Shown here piece by piece: positions 49,158-61,124 of a DNA stretch of 64,000 nt. The DNA is from Camelus ferus. Its lineage: Eukaryota. The stretch is from positions 2,790,001 to 2,854,000 of the forward strand of contig NC_045713.1 of the NCBI RefSeq assembly GCF_009834535.1, given 5' to 3'. The translations under genes and the position numbers were made by a program. The notes beneath the pieces are model-generated. The model was not told where the DNA came from and did no database searches. It saw only the letters and a program-made list of their open reading frames with translations. The stretch's first letter is position 1, and each line of letters begins with the position of its first letter.

Positions 49158-51993
49158 TAGTTACAGTGCAGTGTGCTCTCTGTTGCACAGAGCTCCTTGA
49201 AGGTAGGGACCAGGAGCAAGTCATCTTTGGTCCTTGACTTTGCACAAAATAGGTACTCAGTAAACACTAGTAGAATGACTAGACAAACTAATGGTGTAGC
49301 ACACAGCTTTATTATTATTTTGGATATAAGAGAAAGGTTCTCTGACATTCTTTATGCTCCAAAGCACTACATAATTATAGGCTAATAAAAATTTTAATTA
49401 ATGAAACAATGCCGTATTAAATAATTCTTTTTTTTTCCCCATGCCTGTCCTCTTCAGGGCGTGTGAAGAAATACAACTCAACAACTGCTTAATATATCGA
49501 GTTGCTCCTTGATATCCTTTTTGTTACTTACCCTTGCTACCACCCTAGTTTCAGGCTATTCGTCCACATAAACTTGGTTGAAAACTTCAGAATTCATTGA
49601 AATCAGCTAACAGCCAGTAACCAGCTAATGACCGTTAACAGTTGTTTTTAAAACAACTCATTTTCGAGCCAGGTTTTAGCTCAGGCCTCGTTGGGTTTCC
49701 TGGTTGTTCAGGGAGGCAGTCTGTACATGGTCACGACCTCTATAATTATTCCCAAATGCAATTACGTTTCCAACAGGAAATCCTCCCCTAGAAGTCATTC
49801 CCCCGCCTAGGCATCTGGGCCACTCAGTTCGTGGAACACTGGATGAGAAGGCCAAAGCCTCGTTTGTTACTCCAGTGGTGACTCCAAAGTAGAGCACGTG
49901 TTCCAAAACGTTACTAGTAATGGGATTAGAGACCAGTTTTTCTTGTATTTGTCTGTTTTCCATTTCGCATAAGGAAGACTGTGCTATTTTGATTATAGAT
50001 TGTAACATAGACACAGTACACATGAGTCTACCATAGATGTTGATAGTTTTGATTATAGACAACTGTACCATAGGTAATACTATTGTGAAATTACAAAAAT
50101 AATTATTTGTAAAATGAAGACAAATTAAGTTTAAAAGCATACTTTCTATCTCAGAAGCAAGATTCAACTATTTTCAAGTATAAGGCAGAAACACAAATTA
50201 GAGTAGGAACACAAGATGAACCCAGGAGGAAATCTAAATCTAATATGTATGCCCCCAAGACTATGCAGGTGTTCTGCACGGAACACACATGCGGCTCTAA
50301 GGTTTCCAGCTGCCAATGGTGAAAAGGGATACCTGAGCAATTCCCCAGTTCTGACCTCAGACGGGAACAGACCAGCTAAAGAAGGCCCAGCATTTCCTGA
50401 GTCTGGGCCCAGATGGAAATTTCTTATATGAAGGCTGATTCTGCTAGTGGGTGAGTTGAGTTTTCCTGATGTCCTGAGCTGACCAATTAGGTCTTGAAGA
50501 CAACTCACCATGACCCTCTGGATTTGCCAAGCCAGGAACACACATCCCCCAGGACAGCGCTTCCCCAGGCTCGCCCTCTCCATCATTTGTACCCCACTCC
50601 ATCCTCTTATGGTCCTTCTGCTGACAAGTGGTCCTCCTCTAGTTTCTCTCCTGCCAAATCCTCCCAGTTCAACCCAACATTTAGCTACTACCCCAGCTTT
50701 GCATCTTAGACTTGGCTCCTTGGACTCAGTTGAGTTTTTCACTTCATGGTGGTGAAAAGCTTCTGCAAACTCTTCAGCCAGTCTTTCAAGTCCCTGTGAC
50801 TGCTTATGGCCTGGACCTGGCCCCCCTCCCAATTGCCTTCCTGCCCTCCTCACCAATTACCCTTGGATGAAATCAAAGAAACAGTTGCTGCCCCCACGTG
50901 ATCAGAATGCTATCTAGCATGGAAACCCTCAAAGCTGGTGCCTCGATCAGCAGCAGTCCACTTGGCCCACCAAGAGAAAAGGGCAGAAGCCAACAGCAAG
51001 CTTGCTGAAGCTTTGATGGTGTTTCCAGAACAGCCAAGCACGGGAGCACTGGGCTTGTGCAGAATATAGACTAGCTCAGGTGTGGCTGCCTCAGGGTGAC
51101 TCACATGTGGGCTGAGCTGCCCACCAGTTATATCAGTGCCTGATAGATTGGAAATTCAGAAAGGTCTTTCTCCACGTTGGTTTTTGAAGCATAATCTGGA
51201 GACTTGCAACCAGTCTCTCGTTTGAGTGTAATAGTGTCATCAGGGATTGAGCTCTGACCACTTTCCAGGCACTGTGCGAGACAAACTGCATATGTTCCCT
51301 AATGTAATCACACCCACCCCAGGAGGTAAGTACTACTACCATAATCCCTATTTCGTGACTATGACAATGGAGTCCCATGGTAGTTCTGCATCTTAACTCT
51401 AAGTCTTCCAGATGGCACAGATGAATCAGGAATTCAGACCAAAATCTGTTTGAATCGGAAACTCATGGATTTACTACTGCCCTTCACAGAGTAGTAGGGC
51501 AATGTCTGTTGAACTTAATGAACTGGGAGAAAACCTCAGGTTGTTTCCCCTTAATGAGGAGGAAGAGGTAGATCCCTCCACTGTCTTCCTTACCTTAGCT
51601 CTTTACAGTTAGAGCTTGTTATTCCTGATTTGAAAATAATTGTTCCCATGGAAACACCATGGCAGCTTCTCTTAGCAACCGTGGCTGTCTCACCATCATA
51701 ACAAAGTTGGTTCAAATACAAAATTGCTTTTTGAAAGAGTTTTCAGAGGGAAAACCAAACTGACCAGTTGACCAGAGCTTAACTTTTTATACGTCTTAAG
51801 AAAATCATGGCAAGGTTTGAAAACCACTAGAAAGTGTTTTTTCTAGTGAAACAGGTGAAAAAGGAAATACCCAGGTTTGTAGTCCAAGATAGTTTTTTAA
51901 ATCTAAAAACAACAATACGTAGACTCTCAAATGTGAGTTTTTCCTCTAGTTGACAAATGGTTCACAAATTGAGAGTATTTAAGGTTTATAGAT

Positions 51994-52498
51994 TGTATTA
52001 GCTCTATATTGCTGCTGTGACAAATTGTCATCAATTTAGTGGTTTAAAAACAACACAAAGTTAATCCCTTACGTTTGAAAAGTCTGATGTGGGACTTGCC
52101 AGACTAAGATCAAGGTGCTGGCAGGGTGCCTTGCTTTCTAGAAGCTCTAAGAGAGAATCCTTGCCTTTTTAAGCTTCTAGAAGCTGCTTGCTTTGCACCA
52201 CACCCTCCTTCCTCCTCCTTCCTTCCTTCAAAGCCAGTGACATTGAGCCGAGTCCTTCTTAGCTGCCATCTCCCTGATATCTCTTCCAATCCTTTCTTCC
52301 CCCTTTAAGGACCCTGTGATTACATCGGGGCCCTAGGATAATCCAGACTAATCTCTCTATTTTAAGGTCATCTGATTGACAAGCTTCATTCTGTCTGTAC
52401 CTTAATTCCTTTCTGCCATGTAACCTAGTAACACATTCACAGGTTCCAGAGATTAGGATGGGGACATCTCAGGGCGAGCTGTTTTCTCTCTGCCTGCA
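51994..52498 (-). mobile_element. MaLR solo LTR (MLT1C/D-like)
   Basis: tgtattagctctatattgctgctgtgacaaattgtcatcaatttagtggtttaaaaacaacacaaa...aggaccctgtgattacatcgggg...cacattcacaggttccagagattaggatg. Confidence 0.9.
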
Positions 52499-53554
52499 GT
52501 GGATATAGCAACCTACAGAGGTTTTCCTCAGGAGTGAGAGAATAGTGGGGAGAAGGGTGGGGTTTCTACTCTGATTTCTCCTCCTTGTTCCCAGAAGCAT
52601 GGCATCTCCTCACCCTCAGCCACCACGGATCTCTTTGGCCTCTTCCTCTTATAAATTCTGGCTATTGGTTGAAGTACATCCTTAAGAAGAGAGGAAAAAA
52701 AAATGTGGCCCCAAATCTGTCCCCCAATCTTCACCCAAAACAGCAATGGTGAGTGCTGAGGAGCAAAACTAGGCCACCTAAGAATCTTACAAGGAGATTA
52801 CAAGGAGAAGGGGGCTGATGTTGGGGAGACTATGAGGTTGCTCACTTGGGCAGGATAGGCTAGGGTGGAATAGTCCATACGCAGAGCTGCTGACGTCTGC
52901 AGACAACTGTTATGGGAGCTGAAGAAAGGGCTGACTCCATGAAGCACAGCTTCCCTGAAGAACTTGCGGCAGTTGTCCCATAAAGATATTTATGTAGCAG
53001 GGCAGAAAACAAATCCCTGTGGTAATCAGTAAGAGCAAACCAAAAGCCATAATTTCCCGGGGAGAAATGGCTTCCAGTGCTGGCTGAAGAATGCACAAGA
53101 ACGTCATCAAATCCCGTGCCCGGTTCTGTGGTGACACCGGGGAGGGACATGATAGGGGCAAGGACCCTCAGGAGCCTCATGTCCTAGCTGGATAGGGGAG
53201 AAATAGACTCCTAAAAAGCTAACTTACAATTGCAAACACCCCAAACGAAGAGCCAAAGAACTGTGAACTGCTTTTTAAAGAGTCAGAGGAGTTTGGAAGA
53301 AGTGGCAGTCCCTGTGGCTGGGGGGGAGGGTGGTGGGGGTCTGCAGACAGGGATGAGGAAGCAGTAAGTGGTCGGCGGGGAGTAGGGCTCTGCCACTTAG
53401 CAGCTGCGTGACTCAGGAAGTGACTTTACCCTTGTGCCTGTTTCCCTGTCTGTGGAAAGGCAGTGACCTTAGAACTCTTGGGCTATACCTGCTGAAGCAA
53501 GATCCCATGCACAGTGTGGGGAACTTGGTAGGCATGCTCTGTATTGGTTTCTGT

Positions 53555-53710
53555 TTTTTTTCTTTTTTTTTTTGTGGTAAGAACATTTAACATGAGATCT
53601 ACCCTCCTGACTTGTAAGTGTCAGCCAGCACTGCTATCTACAGGCACAACGTACAGCACATCTCTAGAACTTATGCATCTTGCAAAGCTGAATTGTGTGT
53701 ACCTTGATCA
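53555..53710 (-). mobile_element. L1MA-type 3' tail fragment
   Basis: tttgtggtaagaacatttaacatgagatctaccctc...tacaggcacaacgtacagcacatctctagaacttatgcatcttgca. Confidence 0.8.
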
Positions 53711-55399
53711 GGGAGTTGTTGGTCAGTGAGCTGTGCAAAGCTGTGATTGTAAGTACACATAAGGCTTTGTAGAAAGATGGGAAGGAGGCTGTGCTGCAAA
53801 GGGTTGGCTAGACATGGAGAAAAGAAAGGAACTGGCCACAAAGGTGAGGCAGTGAGACCCATTCAAAATGGGGAGAGCCCAAGTGAGTGGGCTGACTCTA
53901 TTCACGTTGGAGAGTGGAGCCTCTCTTCAGCAAAGAGGGCAGGATCAAGTTGGAAAGTGGTCCCAAAGGCTGCCTAAGACCCCCTAGGAAGCCCCCATGT
54001 GAGTGAGATCAAAAGAGACAGACAATAGGCCATTTGCAGCTTGCAGAGAGGGAGATATTCTACAAAGTACCATTTTCTGGGAAAAGGTCAGAGACCCTGC
54101 CTTGGGCACACTTTGAGACCATTTCCTCACTCATAAGGTAAGGATGGCAGTCACCTTCCTCAAAGGGCAAGAGGGAGGATTAAATGAAGAAATGTCTTTA
54201 AAGTGCTCAGCACAGTGCTTTTTGGGGGTATAGTAAGTACTCAAAGAGTATTAACTATTATTATTCCAAAGGGTGTGTAATTATCTTTTCTAGTGGTTTT
54301 CAAAATGCGTTTCTGTTGATTTTGACAGCGCAACACTTACCCTACCCATGGAAATCTTATGTGGCAAAAGAGGGCAGGCTGGGTTGATATGGGGGTTCCA
54401 GGCTCAGAACCCTCCTTCCTCGGCCTCCTCCCTCCCCGCAGGGCACCTCCCTAGGGAAGGGCCTCCCTGTGCTCTCCTGGCCTGGTCTGGCCCAGCTACT
54501 CCACTTTGGAGGCCCACAGAGGACGATGCCTTGACCATGGTGCCACCTTATGACCTCTCCACCTGGAGCTGAGTCTGGTTTCTGAACGACTAGTTCATTG
54601 AACAACCAGTTTGCTGAGTCAGTTTGAGGAAAGTCAGCACACCAAATGTCATTCCACTAAATGCCAAGTCATCAGTGACTAATTTCTGAGTTTCCTAAAT
54701 CATCAAAAATTTGCTTCAGTTTTAACCACTTACTAGGTTTATAGCAATTCATACTAGACTCATGGGCAGGACTGGGGGGAGCCTGAACTCCTTAGCCAGG
54801 TATCTTCTTGTCCTCGGCATAACCAGGTCTCCCTCTCGCTGCCCAGCAGTTCCACCTCCTCTACTGCCAGTCCGCCTCTTGCCCCCAGTCCCTGCCCCTC
54901 ATTGCTCTGGGTTTCCCCATTCTTAGCCTCTGCACTTGGTTTACCCTGCCCTGCCCTACCTCTGCCCTCTGCTGCTTAGAACCCCTTGGTGGGGTCTGCA
55001 GCCCAGGCTCTGTTCTCAGCTGGCCGTTTTCTCCACCTTCCTCCAGCACAGGGGGTCCCCTCTGATCTTGCTCCCTGCGCTCTAGCAAGGGAGCCTGGGA
55101 CCAGACCTAGGATGAATAGTTCCTAAAATCTTGCTCTGAAGGCAAAATGAAAACAGATCATCTAAAACTTTGCTGAAATCCTCTAAACCTATTGTTTAAA
55201 AGAAAAATTCATCCAGCAGTTTAAAATAAGCACAATTTTAGTAAATTTAGCAAACTCTTTGAATTTGTTATTTAACAAGTTAACCATATAATGAATCATC
55301 TGTCAGCAGACTGGTTTTTAGAAAATTGACCTGAAACTGAAACTCAGGCTCCAGATTTCCAGTCCAGTTCGCTTTCTTCTAAGTATTTCTCAATACTCG

Positions 55400-56235
55400 T
55401 TTGTAAAGACAATCAGTATGTCTTTATTGGTATGGTTAAATTTGGTTTCTTTTCTCTACTTTTGGTAACTTTGTTTTCGCAAAATGCATTTTCTTAATTT
55501 TTTCTCAAACTTGCTTTCTTTTTAAAAATGCAGTGTGTTTAGGATGCTAAAAGCCTCATTTTAATTTGCACATATACTTGTTAATAATGAAATCTACTTA
55601 ATGTGAGTTAAAACTAAAAGCGTGTCAGAGTAATTCACAAACATTTAAAAACTCTTAGTAATTCTAGGAGGATTCCCTGTTAATATTCTTAAGGACTTTC
55701 AATGGATATACCAAGTAGGCCTTGGTATTAACAGAAATAGCAAACAAATTAAAATTAGACTCTTGGTAACAATTGGGAAAAAATAAATATGCACAGCCTT
55801 CAGCAGGCAATTGAGTCTATTTGTTCGGGTGCCTCCTACATTTTAGGAATATCTTTATTGAATAATCATCATGCTAATAAGTATCACTTAAGACTGGTGG
55901 TGAGTCACCTGATTTCACTAGATTTCTTTTAGGAATGCACAAGAGAATGACATCAATCAAATTTAAAATAATGCAGTCCTCGCTCAGCACTGATGTTAGC
56001 TGTAATCTCTATTTGCAGGATATAGCAAATTTTCATGTGAGCAACGTAATTAAAATTCCAGCCTAAGAGACATCTTAAAATCCATTCTCAGGCCTTGGAG
56101 AATATTCTGATGATCCATGAGAAATGTCAAAATGATCCCCCATTTCCACAGTGGATTACAACTTCGAGAACAGTGCCTGTTGCTGCAAGGATAAATCTCT
56201 CTTCAGGTTTAATCTCTTTGAGAATTCGGTTGATA
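55400..56235 (-). other. Candidate terminal exon (coding tail plus 3' UTR) of an unidentified minus-strand gene
   Basis: Acceptor gtgtttttcttttag|T at 56236/56235; AT-rich, repeat-free downstream sequence; minus-strand AATAAA at 55854-55859 and 55423-55428. Confidence 0.5.
56156..56235 (-). CDS. Candidate coding tail, phase-1 model ...STEFSKRLNLKRDLSLQQQALFSKL*. Alternatives: phase 2 INRILKEIKPEERFILAATGTVLEVVIHCGNGGSF* (to 56127); phase 0 YQPNSQRD*
   Basis: Frames read directly after the acceptor; the true frame cannot be fixed because only 15 nt of the upstream exon are in the window. Confidence 0.35.
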
Positions 56236-56520
56236 CTAAAAGAAAAACACTTTGCTATGTATTTGTAGATTAAAAAAAAACATAAGATTTAAAGCAGAGC
56301 TTTAATACATTACCCTGTTTAATCTTCACAACAATCTCTGGTAGTAGGTACTATAATCACCACTCAAAAGATGAGGCATCCGAAGCTCAGAGAGGCTAAA
56401 TGACACCCCCAAGTTCACACAGCTAATGAGAAATAGGCATTTAATTTAAGTCTCCTGCCTCTGAATCAACAGCTTAAAACAACACACATACATCACTTAT
56501 CATATGCACAGGCCCTCCCC

Positions 56521-56851
56521 TTTTTTTCTTTTGTTTCCAGATTTATTGAGACATAGTTAACGTAGAACATTAAATTTAAACTGTCCAACATAGACTTTAT
56601 ATGTGTATATATTGCAAAATGATCACCACAGTAAGGTCAGTTAACACATCCACTGCCTCACATAGTTACGATTGTGTGTGTGCGTGTGTGCGTGTGTGCT
56701 GTGTGGTGAGAACTCTTAAAACCTACTCTCTTAGCAACTTCCAAGTATCTAATATGGCTTTATTGGCTACGTCACCATGCTGTACATCACCTCCCCAGAA
56801 CTTATTCATCTTATAACTGGAGCTCTGTACCCTTTGTCCACCTTTACCCAT
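56521..56851 (-). mobile_element. L1MA9-like 3' end
   Basis: agatttattgagacatagttaac...tattgcaaaatgatcaccacagtaaggtcagttaacacatcc...gtggtgagaactcttaaaacctactctcttagcaac. Confidence 0.88.
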
Positions 56852-56865
56852 TTTGGTTTTGTGTA

Positions 56866-56972
56866 GGGTGGCTTTGCATGATGAGGACAGAACCAGATAG
56901 TTGCAACAGAGACTGAAAACTGAAAACTATTTATGATCTAACCCTTCACAGAAACCGTTTACTGATGCCTGA
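56866..56972. mobile_element. MER58-like hAT fragment
   Basis: tagttgcaacagagactg...aaaactgaaaactatttatgatctaacccttcacagaaaccgtttactgatgcctg. Confidence 0.7.
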
Positions 56973-58549
56973 TGTTTACTGAAAGTATGATCAAAAATTA
57001 AAGTTAATTTGTAGCCCTACTGAGTGGGGGACGGGAAACCCTATGGAAAGTCAGGGGTTTGAGTTCCAGTCTAAGTTCTGGGACAGGCTTAGTCTTGTAT
57101 ATTGGACAAATCAGTTCCCCTATCTGTAAGATAAGAAACTTAGACTAGATTAGTGATTTTTAATGCTCAATGTTGTCTGTAGGATGCACTGTGTGTAAAG
57201 CAAATTAGATAGACCTGTTCTGATAAGGGCTGGGGTTGGAGGCCACAGTCCTAATCCATCATCTCCCAGCCTTGCCCTTGCTACTTGTTGTGGGTGGAGG
57301 GGTGGGTCTCACAGTCCCCTCAGATATAAAGACCATTGATCTAACACTCTCTGAGTTCCTTCCATAGTCACTGTCCATGATTAGTCTAAGGCATCATGGA
57401 AACCTCCCAGATTTAGAACCTACAAAATCAAACTTAATCTTTTAGAATGTTCTTCCTAAGCAAACCACAGCTGAGACAGACTGAAAAGGTAATACATAAT
57501 ACATACCTATCAGACATTTCCTCTTAGCCACAGGACAGCCTAAGGTGTACCCTTCTGCTTCCTGAAACAAACTGGTGACTTTCTGTGATCTGTCTTGGGC
57601 ATTTTAAACACAAAAGCAAAGTGTCAGCTTTGGGGAACTGCACAACATGAGGGATTGTCACTCCAGTGACAGAGCACTCCTGGGGATGGTGCTGCTTCAA
57701 AAGGCATCAGGCAGGTAATGACACTGTGAGTTATTTGTCGCCTGCACAGGGACTATTCTTAGTGGCTCACAGGTGCATTGGAACTGCATCAAAGAGTATT
57801 CTGGTCCCCGGGTAAGGGGCTTCCAAGAAAGAGAGCTGGCTGGAGGTCCTTTAAGTCTCGAGCTTTGGACCAGAAGTCAGGGCGTTTGCACAGCCTTCCC
57901 TCTGACACGCTCCATGTACCTGTGACAAGTTCTCTGGGCTCTTGGGGGCCTGACTTCCTTATCTGTACATGAGTGAGCAGCACCAGATGATAACTGTGTG
58001 TCAGGCTCTGTGCTAAGGCTTTGCATACGGAACTCAATGAATGCTTGCAAACCCTGTATGCAATAAGATATCTATTTTACGACAAACGTAGGAAACTGAG
58101 TCTCAGACAAGTAACTTACCCAAAATTACACAGCTAGCCCATAGGACAGGCTTTAAACCACCTATAGAAAGTAGTTTATCAAAATGGGTGAGGTATGGCT
58201 CTGGAGTCAGCTAGCTCTGTTTGAATCCTGGTTTTGCCACTGATGGGCTATGACACTAGTTAGTTTTTTAAAATACTTTAGTTTCAATTTCTTTATCTAT
58301 AAAGTGAGTATGATGGCACTATCTGACTTACAGCGTTGTTTAGATGGTTAGATAATTTTTGTAAAACACCAGGCAGACACTAAGTCATAATTATGGTTGC
58401 AATCATTGTCATCTGGCTAATTCCAAAATCAACATTATTAACCACTCTGTAAAAACTGAGCTTTCCTCCCTATCCTTTCTCTGAGAGGATTCTTATCAAT
58501 GCCACTGATGACCCAGGTGAGGCCAAGTCCAGTGAATGGTCAGTTCTTT

Positions 58550-59038
58550 GCCCTCATCCCATCCTCAGTCTCTCAGCAGCATTTGACATTGCTAAGCACG
58601 CCTCCTTGAAATACGTTCTTCTCTAGGCTCTGGAACATCGCATTCTTCTGGTTTTCCTCCTGCCTCAGAGGTCACCCCTTCTCCACCTCCTATATCAGGC
58701 CCTCCTCCTTCCCAGACTCCTAGAAGTAGGAGAGCCCCAAGGTCCTCTTCTTATGCCTCTCTCTCCCCCATCAACACTCTCTTCTCAGGTTATCATGTGT
58801 GGTCCCAGAGCTTCAAATGAGCTGACAACTCTCAACTTTCTCCCCACCACTGACCACGCCTCTGAGTTCCAGATGGCCTTGTGTTTCTACTTGAATGTCT
58901 CAAAGGCACCTCAAATCTAATGTCCTAAACAGAAATACTGGTTTCCTCTTTATTCAAATTTCTGTCCTCCCTATGACCCATGTCAATACATGGCACGGCC
59001 ATTTTCCCAGTTGCTCAGGCCACAAACTTAGGTGTCAT

Positions 59039-59091
<53 letters not shown>

Positions 59092-59430
59092 GTTTGTACT
59101 GAAGTATAGTCAGTTTACAGTATTATATCAATTTCTGGTGTACAGCACAATGCTTCAGTTATACTCGAACATACATATATTCCTTTTCAAATTCTTTTTC
59201 ACCTAAGTTACTATAAGATATTGAAGAGAGTTCCCTGTGCTGTACAGTATGAACTTGTTTATTCATTTTAGTGTTATTTCCTCTCCTTCTCTTGCACTCA
59301 TACCAAGTTCATCAGTAAATTCTTTTTGCTGTACTTCTAAAATATACATTGAATCTGACATTTTCCACCATGCTCACTGCTACAAGTCTAGTTCAAACTG
59401 CCGTCGCCTCCACCCTGGGCGTCTCTGACA
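58550..59430 (+). mobile_element. L2 body interrupted by an L1 fragment
   Basis: tctctcagcagcatttgacattgctaagcacgcctccttgaaa...gaatgtctcaaaggcacctcaaatctaatg...ttgctcaggccacaaacttaggtgtcatt; L2 resumes after 59275. Confidence 0.82.
59047..59262 (-). mobile_element. 5'-truncated L1 3' end with a (TG)n tail
   Basis: ctgaagtatagtcagtttacag...tttctggtgtacagcacaatgcttcag...agttccctgtgctgtacagta; 12-bp TSD TCATTTTAGTGT at 59035-59046 and 59263-59274. Confidence 0.85.
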
Positions 59431-59756
59431 GCCTTCTCCCACCCCTGATATGCTTCCTTTTGAGCGCTTGAATACAATTTAATTCATTTCCCCCCAAAAT
59501 TTACTGATATGTTAAGACTGGTTCAGATAGCATATAAGGAACTAGATCCTTATAGGCAATTAAGCAAACTGCTATTAGGATGAAATTTCTGGACTAGACA
59601 CAAGCCCTTCAATGTCCACTGGGGCAGTAAGCTGTAAACTTTGGAGTTATCTGTTCCATTGGACAGAAATCATTTGCATCTCTACTGAGCAAAAATCCAC
59701 AAAGTTCATATATAACTTCACTAAATCTGGAAGCTTGAATCAATATTAAACAATTC

Positions 59757-59850
59757 TGAATCACTACGCTGTACACCAGAAATTAACACAACATTGTACA
59801 CTGACTATACTTCAACTTAAAAACTAAACTCTAAATTAAATTAAAAGAAA
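59757..59850 (+). mobile_element. Short L1 3'-terminal fragment
   Basis: ctgaatcactacgctgtacaccagaaattaacacaacattgtacactgactatacttcaa. Confidence 0.8.
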
Positions 59851-60456
59851 GACTGTAAATTTTATATATATATATTGAACAATGAGTTGAACAAGATAAA
59901 CCCCGCTAAATTTGGGTGGTCTCTGCTCCTGTAGGACAGCAAAAGTATGTGTCACCTGCTTTTTTGGCTTAATTTCCAAATTTTGGACAGCTCAGGAGTC
60001 TCTACCACCCTCCTTATATCATAAATAATCTCCAAAGAGGCTAGGTGTATGTCTAGCTTGCTAACTCATATATGTGCAAAAACAAAAAAGGTCTTTAGTA
60101 ACCACACATGCTTCATTAAATACGCTCTAGACCCCTTCATACAGAGCAACTTCTGTGTGAAGTTTTTTATAAGGAATCTTGGATTGGACTTTCAAAAACC
60201 TCTATTATTTGCTCTTCTAACCCAAGGCTAGGAAGACAAGCACAAGACACTCTTTCCACCAGATTTTACCTGGTGGTGAATGAACCTATATTTGGGGACA
60301 GATTCCTTCTCTTCTTGAGGTCCCCCAAATTTGTGACGGTTCCTGTCCTAGCAGGAGGCAGGCTTTCCTACCAGCTGGGACTCTGTAAGCCAGATACCAA
60401 GCTGGCTTCCTTGGGGGTGATTTGTGGGCAATGGCTCCACATAGCAGGTCAGTAAT

Positions 60457-60915
60457 TGCATTAGTCGGGGTTCTCTTGAGGAACAGAATGAATAGGATAC
60501 ACATACATAGGAAATGATTTATCATAGGATTTGGCTCATACAATTATGGAGACTCGGGTGCCCCACAATCTGCTGTCTGCAAACTGGAGATCCAGAAAGT
60601 GGGTGGTATAATGCTAGTCTGAGTCCGAAGCCCTGAGAACCAGGGGAGTTAATGGTATAAATCCCAGTTCAAGGGCAGGAGCAGACTCAACAGGCAGGCT
60701 GGAAGCAAGAGGGGATGAATTCTACCTTCTTCTGCCATTTTGTTCTATTCAGGCCCTCAACAAATTTGATGGTACTCACTCATCTTCGGGAGGATGATCT
60801 AGTTTACTGACTCCACTAATCCAAAGACTAAGCTCATCCAGAAACACCCTGACAGTCACACCCTGAAGTAATGTGTAACCTAGGCACCCCATGGGGCTAC
60901 CACAAAATGACCATA
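60457..60915 (-). mobile_element. ERVL solo LTR (MLT2B/C-like)
   Basis: tgcattagtcggggttctc...attggctcatacaattatggag...gttctattcaggccctcaac...cagaaacaccctgacagtcacaccc; exact 5-bp TSD GTAAT at 60452-60456 and 60916-60920. Confidence 0.92.
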
Positions 60916-61115
60916 GTAATTTTCCTTAATAATGGGTTTGTCATACCTAATTAAATGAAAATCCTCCTCAAATGTGACATCTAGTCATGGGCTTGGTTGC
61001 AAAATTGATTTGTCCAAATATATTCTGGTAAAAAAAAAAAAGAGGACAGGTTCTTATGAATCCATGCAAAAACTATATTGCCATAAAAATAAGGAGACGC
61101 AGAAAAAATACTTAC

Positions 61116-61124
61116 TTCTGAAGT
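61116..61124 (-). other. Candidate 9-nt microexon ACTTCAGAA
   Basis: Minus strand reads ctgattcttacctaatcccctag|ACTTCAGAA|gtaagtattt; frame-preserving length. Confidence 0.25.

Noticed and set aside
50164-50856. 230-aa minus-strand ORF, the longest gap-free ORF in the track
   Set aside because: No recognisable domain, composition typical of random GC-rich antisense sequence, overlapping ORFs on the other strand, and no convincing exon structure
51825-51848. 9-bp inverted repeat CACTAGAAA/TTTCTAGTG, and similar short hairpins at ~14832, ~55708 and ~59533
   Set aside because: Stems of 7-9 bp are expected by chance in 64 kb and have no supporting context
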